Source: Balanoglossus misakiensis
Taxonomy: Eukaryota > Animalia > Hemichordata
Length of the DNA: 64,000 nucleotides
Direction: 5' to 3'
NCBI GenBank assembly: GCA_040954595.2
Contig: CM082588.2
Location: forward strand, 8,602,844-8,666,843
Position numbers and translations under genes: made by a program
Notes under the pieces: model-generated
What the model saw: only the letters and a program-made list of their open reading frames with translations
Told to the model about the DNA's origin: nothing
Databases searched by the model: none
Shown: in pieces, positions 51,919 to 64,000 of the stretch
Position numbering within the stretch: the first letter of the stretch is position 1
Layout of the letters: every line of letters starts with the position of its first letter

Positions 51919-52291
51919 GTGTACATCAGTTTGGTCTACGCGAATCCGACTGACCGACAAATCATGAAGGTATATCTAAACCAGAACATACGTCGTCCGC
52001 ATGACTGACGGGACGACAAACACAACATATGTAAACGATAACCGAACGAGGGCCGGGTCACTTTACACGTCTGGCACCGGTTGTGGTCATGAGTCGCTCA
52101 GCTGATCAACAATCAATGAGTGATCAACAATGAGTGATGAATGAATGAATGAATGAATGTCAGGGTCATGTGACATACGGTCTACGACTATATTCTTCTG
52201 ACTTACCTTCACCTTGACCACGGCAACTAGAAGAGAACGTTTCTTGACTGTTTTCCTTGACAGTGGCGTTACATGTACTTGCAATATATAA
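51919..52291 (-). promoter_or_regulatory. Putative 5' non-coding exon(s) and core promoter of glutamate synthase
   Basis: First coding exon has a splice acceptor at 51583 (ttttcag on -), 37 nt upstream of the ATG, so an upstream UTR exon is implied. Two consensus GTAAGT donors on - at 51913-51918 and 52201-52206; TATA-like TATATATT on - at about 52284-52291. Confidence 0.45.
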
Positions 52292-53850
52292 CTGCACTGC
52301 AACTATCAGATCGTGGACACATGCACAGCTACACGCAAAGCAGAGCTGCTCAAAAGATCCAGGATTGAGAAATAGCAAACCTATTAAGATAGCGGCGCTG
52401 TTCTCAAAACCCTCCTACACAACATTCGCCGTACACATGGTACAGGGTTTTCACATTATGATGATCATGCATCGCCTATGACATGAGGCGAACACGCTTA
52501 CAGAACACAGTCAGTATTTTCCATTTCATAACATCATGAACATAAGACATGTAAGAAGGGGACCCCTTTCTATCATGCTTATGTCACATGCAATCACAGA
52601 CATTCCATTGTCAACGAGGGAGAGTGGAAAATTCCCGTTTCTTGTACGTGTATTAAATCCACATATAAGGGCAGTAGCGCCGGGAAATAGTCTCACGCAC
52701 ATGGTTGTCAATGTATTTTTTTCTGTCTGGAGTTTCTGGTGGAAAGTTCGCGTCATATGCCATGACTCAGAACGTGTAAAATTCAATTAACTACCGATCC
52801 AACACCACCTAGTGTATAATGGTTTGGTCTTACTACACTCGACTAGGCCGCGCCGGGGACAAACGAAAATGTTTATAAAGCGAAACGTGTTTCTCCCCAA
52901 ATATCCCATCGCCTTTTAACATGTAATAAGTTCTGGCAGCTTTTGGAAATGTTCTGTTGAAATGTGAAGTCGGGCGATCTTATTGGGAGGATTGTTTTTG
53001 TTTTGAAATGTCTATATAGCTGTATGGCCTCAGACTCACGTTTATTTTATTTTTTGTGGCCGGCCGGGGAATCCCCCTTTTACTTGAGCCAAATAATAAA
53101 ACATTTTCCCACAATTAAGATCATTATTTCGTAAAGAAGGAATTTGTTGAAGTCTGATTATATGTTTTATCGTTTCTGCGTAGCCGTCTTGTCCGGCATG
53201 CATACGGACTGAATAAATACACAATACATGTTAATTTCGCGCCTTCGCCGTACACCAGGCTGTAAACACGGGTTTCATTGACAATTTTCACGAAGGTGAT
53301 CACGCTCTGGTCATGACCCAGGCAAGCAAAATTCTAACCAATCAGAACGGGATAACGGTACTTATTAATATTCATTATATCTGATAACCAATCACACGTA
53401 ATATGCTAATATGAAATACACGTGCGGGAGAAGTGAAAGTCTGGATTATTACTACAATGTGTACAGTATGTACATTTCCAGCAGAATCAGTCCAAGCTAA
53501 GAGGGGAGTGTAACTATACGTAGTGCCGAGACAGCTAGTAAATATTGCAGATAATTTCTGTTCCACAATACTGTTCAACCAGGTTCTCATATCAGTGCGA
53601 TATATTGAACGCAGTTTCATCTCCAAATAATTCTTGAGAAAGAATTAGCGTCTAGGATACATTCCAGAGGCCTTTCCCGACATTTATTGTTACCAGACGA
53701 TCGATCTTGACACTGCACCAGACTGTAGACTGCATCTCCGTCTCGCTCTCCTGTAAACTCTTGTCAACCAGTAAATACTGCGTTTTGTACGTTAGTGAGG
53801 AAATACTGACTTCAATAGTATTATTTTATTGGTACAACTGAAAAGCAACC

Positions 53851-55134
53851 ATGTGTGACGACAACATCAACCAGGAGATCGCAACTCTTCTGCACTTAAA
53901 TTCTCACCTTGACAGCATGGCTCCAATATCCATAGATGAGATTGAAGATGAACATGCCTGGCCTGAATTGAAAGCTCTGCGCCAAAGCAAAGAGGAACGC
54001 GGCGGAGTTTTGATAAAGGAGATGGGCAACTTTCGAAGAAGGGAAAACGTGGTTTGGCGGGAATGGTTCGTCCGCAGCCAGTCGCCGCCGAAATCTCCAA
54101 CGGAAGACGGCGCACAAAGAATAGTCAAACTGAATGGAAGTGATATTCCTACCGAATATGAAGTATACGAACCCCGGCGCCATGAAATGCCTGTAATCGG
54201 TAAGTCTAATCTGTTTGTCTTTTGAGTAAAGCATTTATAGATAGTCGGAAAGTCGCTTACGTTTCACCATGGAAACCCGTATTCCGAATATTGAAGATGG
54301 CATTTTGTCAGCGGTACAGTGGTGCCCGGAAAACGTGAGATAGGGGAGGGTAGCGACATTTATTTTACCTTGGAAGTTGGTGTGTATATTGGTCGAGGTC
54401 GAAGTTACATATTTATTTTCATGTGACGTCATCAAATGCAAACATAGATGACTAATTTTTTTCCGCCGATCGAAGACACAGCAAGACGTAGACGGAGAGG
54501 CCCTGCATTTTCGTTTGCGTTTGTTGTCCCACTAATAAAGCGTTTTAATGCAATTTTATTATTTTTCTGTTATCTTTCAGGAACGTATATTGACTCCAGA
54601 ATTACTCCTGGATTCTTTTACAAGATCCGCATCAACGGCTCACAGAAATACCAATTCAAAGGGAGGGCAATGCGTTTGCTGAGCATCGGCAAAGGTTATG
54701 GAAGACGAATAACATTTGCCAGCAAGTCGTTGAACAATAACAGTAATTTCTTCTGGTCGGACTCGCACGACCACGGTTACGCCTTCAGCATCTGTGCCGT
54801 CTTCGAGAAGGACGAGTTCGGGATCTACGACGCCGATCACCGACACGTCGGCAGCGCGACAGTGGAATTCGTCAGCGATGTGCAGAATGAAATTTCTCAT
54901 GTCATCACTGAGCAAAACTGCGTGGAAAAGACTGTTTCTGTGACAATGCGATGCACCGTCAACATCAAGAGTGAACCGCACGGTCTCGTATCCCTAAGAA
55001 ATACCAAAACTCTCAATTTAGACGGCAGGGCGCTGGTTGTCAAGGCTGCAAAGAGCAACAAGGCAGTTACAAAATACATCGAAGACGTTGAAATTTACGG
55101 AGTCGGCAGATGTACCTTGCGTTCTGATGACTAA
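53851..55134 (+). CDS. Uncharacterised 300-aa protein, two exons (53851-54199, 54581-55134)
   Basis: ATG in good context (gcaaccATG), donor G|GTAAGT at 54200, acceptor tctttcag at 54580; the phase-1 join gives ...HEMPVIGTYIDSRITPGFFYKIRINGS...LLSIGKGYGRRITF...FFWSDSHDHGYAF...TAA at 55134. Exons are GC-richer than flanks; AATAAA at 55683-55688. No domain I can name. Confidence 0.85.
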
Positions 55135-57737
55135 CTTTTGTTGCGTTGCGTCGGACAATGACTGCAGCTGTTCTGTTTACCATCCGCCTTCCCGCTAAGA
55201 AGTATTCAGAATGCGTCAAAACCTAGTACAATGTACCTTGATGAAAGTATACCGCTTTCCAAAAGCAAGTTAGCTGGTTTTAAAACCGACAAGGCTCGTG
55301 GCTCGTACTTCAATGGGATGTCAGGAAAGAGCATGATCGTAAAAGTGATAATTGCATCATGATCATCATTTACCGGAAATATAAGATACAAACTCTGCAC
55401 AAGTTGATATGTAATTTACAATGTGATAATTTTGAGAAGCCACCGCTTATAACTATATATTTTATAGTGTATATTTATCTTGTACAAACCTGCCATGAAA
55501 TGGTTCATAACAATGCAAGTTGTACTTTCAGTTGATAAACTACAGGATTGTTACTGTAGGCTTAGTTTGTTGACAAATTGTACAGTACTTCATAAGATGT
55601 TCTGAGTTATTCAACTGTACTGAAACGTTCCTGTTTCTATTCAGCATTCGCTGTAAGCATATTGTACAATAGTTACCGATGAAATAAAACTTGTTTGAAA
55701 TGAAAAAGTATTTTTCTCATGTCCTTTTTCCTGACCCGTCCTATTCAACATAACACATCAGTACAGTGTATTGGAACTGACCGCCCCCCCCCCCCAACTG
55801 ATTAAAATCGGATGTAGTGTACGGCGACGTCTTTTACTTCGCGGTACGATATTCTTATGGTGTGTGAGGCGACAGCATAAGAATACCGTACCGCGTAAGT
55901 AAAAGACGTCGCCATACCCTACATCTGATTTTAATCAGATTGCCCTACCCCCACAGACTGGACAAGCACCGGAATCCCTTTCCGCGCAAATAAATCCCCA
56001 GTGTATAGGACGTCCTTTTTACAGAATCTAAAAGTATGTGCCAACCTACGAAACAAGCACTGGTATTTTGTATTCCTGGTTCTAACAACTTCCCATCGCC
56101 GCTCACACACGTGTTGAGCAGAGTTGAGCTTTACATGTACACTCAAGACTTGTATTTTTGCCCCACCCCCTTTCGTAATCAAAAATTACATTATATCACA
56201 AGAACAATGCCACAAAGGCCTAAATGAAAAATAAAAACTCAACGATCCAATAGGGACATCGACACTACCAATGCCAGAAATAGCAGAAATAAAGCCTGTA
56301 GGCCAGCCAAGAGTATTTTCTTCCAAACACCAACACTATTCATCTCCTGTGTTTCGTACACGAAAAGCATAAAACGAAAGGTGTCGAAACTCATTCTGGA
56401 CTTTGGACGGTTGAAACAATTTCTAAAATCGGCCATGAAGACAGATCTAATATTTTTTTTGCGCTGGTGTTCGTTCTGTAGGCTACTATAATTTTCAACA
56501 GACGTGAAGGAAATTTCTATAACACGTCTGAAGCGCAACCACATCCATTACAGGGAAAGACAAATAATTGTAGCTTGGTGGGTTGGCTGCCGGGGTCGTG
56601 CGGCCTGCGCGGTGTGGGCCTCGCGCGCCCGCGCAAGTCGCACGAAACACGGGCCAGCCACCAAACCAGCCCACCAAGGCCACAATTATTGCAGCTAGGA
56701 AAAAAAACCAGCTTTGGCCGTTCTTCTGTCCATTAGTTTTAAACAATATCATATCCGGCTTAGAAGTAGTCTGGAATCCTGACTGGCGCGTGTTTTTTTC
56801 GCGAAAAAACACGTCAGACGAGATTTAGAAGTAGATAGAATGTAAAGCAGCTATCTGAAATCTTGATTTAGTGCCTCGCCCAGATAATTTGATTACGTAA
56901 AGAAGTTTCGATGATGACTAGGCCTAGATACATGAGATATGACATTCCGAACGTGTTGCAACATTATTTAACGCACATCACCACACATGTCACGATGACC
57001 TTTCAGTTTAACCCCAACTTGAACTTGAATACGTCTCACCATGCTGACTTACGCGCTTATTGATCAGCTTTTCGACAGTTTTTTTTTTTTTTTTGAGATT
57101 GCAAAACGCGACGCACATGATTTTTAGTATAAAATGACAATATACTGGCAAGTAGGCCTACTGCACTGCATGAAGAAAGTACTTGAAAAATATTTCATGT
57201 CAAAGTCACTTCGGTTATTAGTTGTCATAGCAATAAATGTCGGCCAAATTTACCATGATCAACAGCAGAAAAATTGCCCCATTATGCAAATTAAGCTCTC
57301 GAGGGGCTAGTGTTATTGAAATCCCAAAATAAACATGTAACCAGCGCTTCTCTATACAAATGTATAATGAAAGCAGAAAACGAAGCAAGCATTGCAGAAT
57401 GATTTTTGCTGGGGTGAAGGAATATTTCCACCATGCAGTCGGTGCATGCTACAAGGTGCGGTTCAAAAGCTGTTCCCGTTAGCATACCGTCCCCCACCGG
57501 AGTACGTACACGAGACGGAGACGTGATGAGAGGAGTGTTTGAAATTTATGTATACATGCCGTTCTATTTACATACTCAACATTAATTATATGTTAACTGA
57601 ATATTCATGACATGTGTAAAATGTAAAATATGTCAGGCAGCTATTAGAATACATAACACAGACTTCATTCGAGAGAGAATGGGAGAGAGCGGACTGAAGT
57701 TCAAAGTCTACAGCTGAATTTAAAAAGGTTTATGTCA

Positions 57738-58248
57738 TTAAAGGCAAGTAAGCTGTAACTTTTGGGATAATTTTCATAATTTTTGTTTCACACTGCACTA
57801 CCATTAGTCCATGCAGATGAAGGCAGTGAACTATACACAAGCATTATAAACCCTAAATATGAGTGCATATGCAAGTTTTAACCAGATAAATAATAAAGCT
57901 TTGCCGCAAGCGATTATGGCCGCCACCGTGGGAAAATGAAAGAAACAATGAAAATGTCGCATTTCCGGTTGTGAAACTTCATAAACAAAACATGATCTCA
58001 TCCACTTGAGCTCATGGAAGTAAATGTACACCACTGAGATATCAGATTTTCATTTTTCATTGCAATATTGCACTTTTTTAAAAATTTCAGGAATTTTTGT
58101 TTTTCTTTAATTTTTGGCCATTTTGTCATAAATAAGTGTTGAGCTTGATATATTATCATGAAATAGCATTTAATAGATATAATTAAAAGCATATATGAGA
58201 TTATTTAAAACATTGATTTTTTATCCAGTTGCAGCTTACTGCCTTTAA
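57738..58248. mobile_element. Kolobok-like family C, second copy
   Basis: TTAA AGGCAAGTAAGCTG...CAGCTTACTGCCT TTAA; body nearly identical to 21002-21504. Confidence 0.88.
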
Positions 58249-61200
58249 GCGTATCAGACCACCAAGTTTAAAAAGTGAACATGCAATTAAAAAAAAAAAC
58301 ACGATAACTACAGGTCATAGTTATTAGAATAGACCCCCCCTATTAACTATGCTACAAGTTTACTAAGCTGACACCGCAACATCGGTGAGATTTAGTCCAG
58401 AAGTCAGGTAGCATTCGGGCTGTTGATCTACTGTCTGTAATTTAAAAAAAACATATCCGACGAATTTATAAATTTAATATGTCGGGAACGAAATGGCGGT
58501 CTCGCTAGGCTGGGGTCGACGGATGCAATGGAGAGGGAATCTAATAGTGTGTATTGAGGGATATTGAAGCATGTGACCAAGACGTGATATGTTAATAATG
58601 CTATGCGTGATGCCAGTCATGGGACTACCGACAATCGGAGCGTTGTCAATGACGACACTCACGGTTTTACAAAAGTTGTTCACACTTAATTGCATTAACT
58701 GTGCAAATTTCCAAAAACAATGTTCTCTTCACCCCTGAAACGCACTTATCTGTGGAATCTTGCTTTAATTATCGAAATTATATTGTTTTGATCATGTTCT
58801 ATTCTATGTACTGCGTCCACCGATGAATGGGTACAATATAGGCCACTAGTAACTAGTACATGAAAATACGGGGGGAAAAATTTCCGACACAGTTAAAATT
58901 CGAAAGTATCATACATATCAAGTACGTAGACTAGATTTATCGGCCACGGAAAATCAGGTCGTCATGGACCCTGGTCAAATTTCGATTATGAATTCCGTCA
59001 TCCAAAAAGAGTCATAGCATTCACAACTTGACTCAACGCTTTTCACGAAAAATAACGATACGATTTATATAAGTTCACAATTCACCCATTGCGTGGCTCA
59101 ATCCTCGTTTCATAAGTTCTTTTTTTTTACTACATTGTATAATGAAAGACCACGCCTCTCATGATATAATATGATGCTTGCTACAGGCTGGAAAACATAT
59201 CATTTGTATTGGTCAAGCATGTCAGGGTTCATCCCCCATCAACTATTGTTTTTTTAACACGGTTGATAAATTCCACGTTCGCTGTTACTCGTCCTTCTCA
59301 AATGCTGATGACCATATCATTGACATTGACCAAATTAAAATAACTAAAGATATTCCAGCTCGTAGCAAAAACAAAAACAAATTTGTATTGATTACCACCT
59401 GTTAGTAATCCATACAATTTGTAGGGGGAAATTGCACTTTGCAAAATTGCTTTTCCTCTACTACTAGTAAATGTGTTTCTCACGTGAAAGTGGAATGATA
59501 TTATGCTAAATAGTCGTGGTACTGAGAGATAAATTATGATGATGACTTCGTCTCCGGTCAGTCACATGACTGAGTGGCTATTAAATGTGTGTGTGTTTTG
59601 GTAACACGACTGGAACCATTTTGGGATAATTGCATGGTAATAAACTCTGTAAACCCTTCAGCAGAGAGTACATGTAGTCTACACACTCAACATATTTATC
59701 ATTTTGTTTTGTTTTGTTTCGGTCAAACAATGACAGAAATACCACATTCTTCCTAAGTACAACGAATACTAATGATAAAACACGCACCATCCACCAAACA
59801 ACGAATTTTATCGTTTTGTAAATAATTGAAGTTTTGACGTCACATCGTAGCCTTAGACTAGACATGCACAGTCTTTCGCCTCCGGAGCGCCCTCAACGGT
59901 CTATACCTTACAATCTAGCTCAGACTGGCTTTACAAAGCAACCCTGTGATGTGAAGACTTCTGTCATCTGTGAGAATACAACTCTGAAATCTGGCGAATT
60001 TTGGTCTCATCACAGGGTCATTTCCCTGGATATATTGTAACAGGGAATGATCCGGACGTGCTGGAAAGTCCTGCAAACACACACACAGCTTGTATAAACT
60101 TTGTTGAATTACAGTTTTGGTATACAATATACACATGTTCTACATGTCAATATTTTCAAAAGCTCGCATATTCTGTTTTGATCATAGCCACATTTTATGT
60201 GTGTACTCCTATGAACGTGCCAGAACTAATATACAGGTAGCTGTTGTGTGGAAACTTATATACACAGTAAACAATGACAAGCATTCTTACTCTGTATCAT
60301 GGAATTATAGCATCTCTTAGAAAACATCTTGTATTATGGGTTGTCTCCTTTGTCGATCTACTAACAATTTTCCTGGTTTTCCATGTTTTTGCTCTGTGGT
60401 CTGATTTACTGTTGGAAATGACCGCATGTGAGGGAAAAGTTGAAAACACTGAAAACAACCAGAAGGAGTAAAACAAAGAAAATTCTGGAAGTGATAGGAA
60501 GTTTCAACGTGTACCGTTATCATATGACTAAAGGGATCACAACGGACTGCCATGAGCTGCAACTTTTTGGGAAATTACAATGACATTTCTTTTTAAACTG
60601 TACAAATAGTAACATGACTAATGGATATGATTCATATATATTTCAGAAATAACCCTTAATCCTTTATCGATCGAACTCCCCCACTATGAATAAACACGAC
60701 CTGATTCATGTGAATGATTAACTGTTTCATTGATGGGACTTTCCGCGTATTTTGGCGACCAACTCATCAAGTTGCGCAGTCGCGCGATTCCAAAGAAACG
60801 CTTACTATCAAGTAGAGAACTTCTTTGACACAGCTGACCTTTCACCAATAAAGTGGATTTTCTGGCGCGCACAGACTATAAACTAGGACTTAGTCGCTTT
60901 GGATACACGTACACGGTGACATTTGTACTACATGGGATTAAACGGCATTGTTTAAATCCATAAACTTGTATACCGTTTACGCCTGCTATTCAAACACAAC
61001 ATGGTAATACATCGTGTCAAAACAATCATATTTCAAATCGTTGTCGATAAGAACTGCTCGTATAGTCAGTCTGGCAGCCTGTCAGCAACCCACTGTTGCC
61101 ATGGAGAAACAAAAACACTTGTTATCGCGTCGTCAAAATAGTCACCCACCTGTTTTAGGTAAATTTCTTCATGGAATCAATAAGATGGAAAACACGACCC

Positions 61201-61257
61201 GACCCCCCCCCCCCCACTTTTAAAATAGAGTTTCTGATGTCTTAGAACTCATACCAT

Positions 61258-61258
61258 C

Positions 61259-61345
<87 letters not shown>

Positions 61346-61348
61346 TTA

Positions 61349-61404
<56 letters not shown>
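61258..61404. repeat. (TATT)n-(TGAT)n compound microsatellite
   Basis: Direct reading. Confidence 0.95.
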
Positions 61405-62296
61405 CGTGCTTTGTATCTACATAAGGTGGGTGTGAGTCTTGGCAGCCCCGGGCTAGATGTGACATGCTTCAACTGTATTTGAAATTTCATTATTTATAAA
61501 TTAAGTCAACACAGGAAAGTCTACAGAAACGGCTGCCTGGTCGTTTAGAACGAAACAGAAAGAACCACTAGCGACACGCTATCATGAACATGACAAAGGT
61601 CGATTGTTGGCTTGTAATCTGAAATTGGGTTGCAAACTAGCCCTCTAACATATTTCAAGGAGGTGACTCATGTAATTTATAGGATATTGTACGTCACACA
61701 AAAAAACCCAGGCCATTAGTTCAGATCGAAACTGGCAGAGTCGCAGTCGAATTTCGTAGGGGAAATCTGTTGAACTGTAAGAGTTTGTTCCAGTACCAAA
61801 CGCGCTACCTTGGAAGAGTGGGGAGTTTAAAATCGGTTACAAAACCTTCGACGGCAAAAGCAATAAGGTAAGACACACAGGGAAGGACACTGTCTCTAGC
61901 TAACAACCAAAGGTCACCTCCTGACTCCGGTGAATTGGACAGAGATATTCGACGTGGTTGGTTGATCTAGTATAGAACTGTTCTGTTAAGTTTTCTACTA
62001 AAGGGTTGTCATTGTCCTGAAATACTCCAAACGACCCGTCATTCTGAGAAGACGTGCTCATAGTGGAGTGGTACGTTGTTTCGTTGGCCTTTACAAAATG
62101 TCTTTCTAACTTTGCCCGAAAACAGAAAACATTGACAGAAGACAACCAAACAATAAGGTGCTGCGTTTGGAACAGGAGAGAGGGACTATCGTTTTCGTCC
62201 ACCACTGAATACCGTTCTTACGTCCCACAACATATCCGAGGAAAACAGTTACAGGTTAAATATATTTATAATCAGAAAAAGAGTCGGCCTTGTCAA

Positions 62297-62467
62297 ATGG
62301 ACGCTAGCAAAAAAGAAGCAACTTACAAAAGTGGAACTCCTAATAAGGCAGCTATTATCAGCGACGAAAACAAGTAAGTACAGACATTTACTGATGGACC
62401 TGGTAAATTGATAATAACCAAAACAACATGGTATTGTAATGTCATAATTATAATTATGCAAATCACG

Positions 62468-62520
<53 letters not shown>

Positions 62521-63770
62521 GACGGAGAAAATATTACCTTTTATATTCTTCTCTAATTTAATATAGGAAGACATGCAAGGGAGTTGATCTCTATGGCGAC
62601 AGTAGATTTGAGTTTACGGTGAAACCGGGTGGCAATGGCAATAAGGTAATTCTGAATCACATTTTGTACATGTGACTTAATATTATGTCAAATAAAAATT
62701 GTTCCACCAATAAAGTATGCAGAGTTGAATGGTCTTGCCCTTTGTTCTTTCATTTTATCGATTTCTGTTGCCCTCGGGGCAGATGAGTATTACCCTATGG
62801 AATGCTGAGGGTTTTGAGAAGGTATTCTGTCCGAGTAATTTGTGACGTCGTTAGATGCTGTGCACATGTTCGGACACGTATTATTTGAACGGGGCACAAC
62901 CAGGGGGCGTGTGCGAGGTGTCATCCGCACCCATCAGGCACCACGACTGATATTTCCACAGCCGTAGAAGTTGAGGTCTCTTGCTGCGAGCTCAATCTTG
63001 GCAAAATGAACGTTATTTCATACACACAAAAAACATTAAAGGGACACTATCTGTAACTTTTGGATATCTTCAGTATTTTTGTTTTAGTGAACTACAGTTT
63101 TTAGTTCTACTCCGTACAAACTCCTCAAAAACATTAAATTGTTTTAAAAGATAGCCTGTATATGTAATGACCATTGTTATTGTTGACAACTGAATTCAAG
63201 TCCGAACTAGAATGAATTTTTTGAAAATAAAATGGTAATTTTATTAAAACATATTATGTGTTGAGGAGGTCCAATGCAGGATGTTATAATCCTACTTTAT
63301 TTAGAGACGAGTACAAGAACATTCACTTGGTACACAAAACGATATAAATAGTGAAAAATACTCACAAGTTAAGCCTTCATTGCTACTTACGTACATTTAT
63401 TTCATGCGATTGAACTTGACAAGGTGTTTTTTTGATAAATTCATTTCCAAAGAAAGTACACGAATTGAAGATATCTCCAACCATCCGCCTGGAAGTGCCC
63501 TCCGATTCCATTGATAAGGAAATGAGAGTCGTGGTAAGACTTGTCCTGGACCCACCAGTGCCAAATTCACCTTATCTGGGGGACCATGAGTTTCTGCTGA
63601 CCGACATATTAGCATTGCGGATAGAGCCTTACAGCGAGGATTTCCGATTCAAGAAACCCGTCATTTTCCGTATGAAATTAGACGACCAGCAAGCGCTAGA
63701 TAAGACTCGAGAAGTCGTAGTGAGAACGTCGAAAGAGAGAGGCCCTTGGCTCGATCTGGATACGAAATTG
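62297..63770 (+). CDS. ZU5-domain-containing protein, 3'-partial (continues beyond window)
   Basis: Exons 62297-62373 (ATG GAC..., phase 2), 62567-62645 (KTCKGVDLYGDSRFEFTVKPGGNGNK, phase 0), 63453-63770 (KVHELKISPTIRLEVPSDSI...PYLGDHEFLLTDILALRIEP..FRFKKPVIFRM...REVVVRTSKERGPWLDL|GTAAAT). Pattern l.vP...P.l...E.l.t.i..l.P...F.KPV...rev.v...W..l resembles ZU5 domains (ankyrin/UNC5/PIDD/DTHD1-like). Start exon less certain. Confidence 0.7.
62467..62521. repeat. (GTT)n microsatellite
   Basis: Direct reading. Confidence 0.95.
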
Positions 63771-64000
63771 GTAAATATGGAGATATTCTTATCCTTTGAA
63801 TTGTGTTCTAAAGGTAGGGGTCGTCCCGTCTGTGGTTTCACGGGAATGTGTCCCACACTAGCCGAAGTATATTGGCTAGTATGTCCCATACTGGTCGAAG
63901 TAGACGAAAAGTGTAGTGCTACAATGCACATCATTGCAAGCAACGTATTACACTGTACATCATAGCAAACATTTTTCTTACATTTCTGTTACACTTCTCC

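Noticed and set aside
56217-56830. GC-rich patch with overlapping short ORFs
   Set aside because: No recognisable protein or splice structure; it starts with a GGCC-A-rich end like local MITEs, so probably a transposon remnant, but the other end could not be found.
63424-63452. Upstream acceptor or TTG start for the ZU5 exon as in the ORF track
   Set aside because: The phase-1 acceptor does not match the phase-0 donor at 62645; the acceptor ending at 63452 fits.

Overview
Eukaryotic, AT-rich, intron-rich genomic DNA, probably from a marine invertebrate (inferred from gene content, GT-AG introns and repeat landscape; the species cannot be fixed from sequence alone). Four spliced protein-coding genes were assembled by hand with consistent splice phases. 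(1) The 3' part of a synaptotagmin-like Rab27-effector gene (SYTL/Slp/bitesize type: TGEWFY motif, long linker, tandem C2A-C2B) on + at 3850-19222, with signs of several alternative isoforms. (2) A complete 37-exon NADH-dependent glutamate synthase (GOGAT, fused alpha+beta, about 2082 aa) on - at 25672-51545, convergent with SYTL. (3) A compact 2-exon gene for an uncharacterised 300-aa protein on + at 53851-55134, head-to-head with GOGAT. (4) The 5' part of a ZU5-domain gene on + from 62297. Introns and intergenic DNA hold many non-autonomous DNA transposons: at least 8 TTAA-flanked Kolobok-like families, plus Harbinger-like, TA-target, piggyBac-like and 8-bp-TSD minis. These include a three-level nested insertion and an element inserted at the GOGAT stop codon. 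No rRNA, tRNA, CRISPR array or autonomous transposase was seen. Most short ORFs in the track are spurious or are exon fragments.
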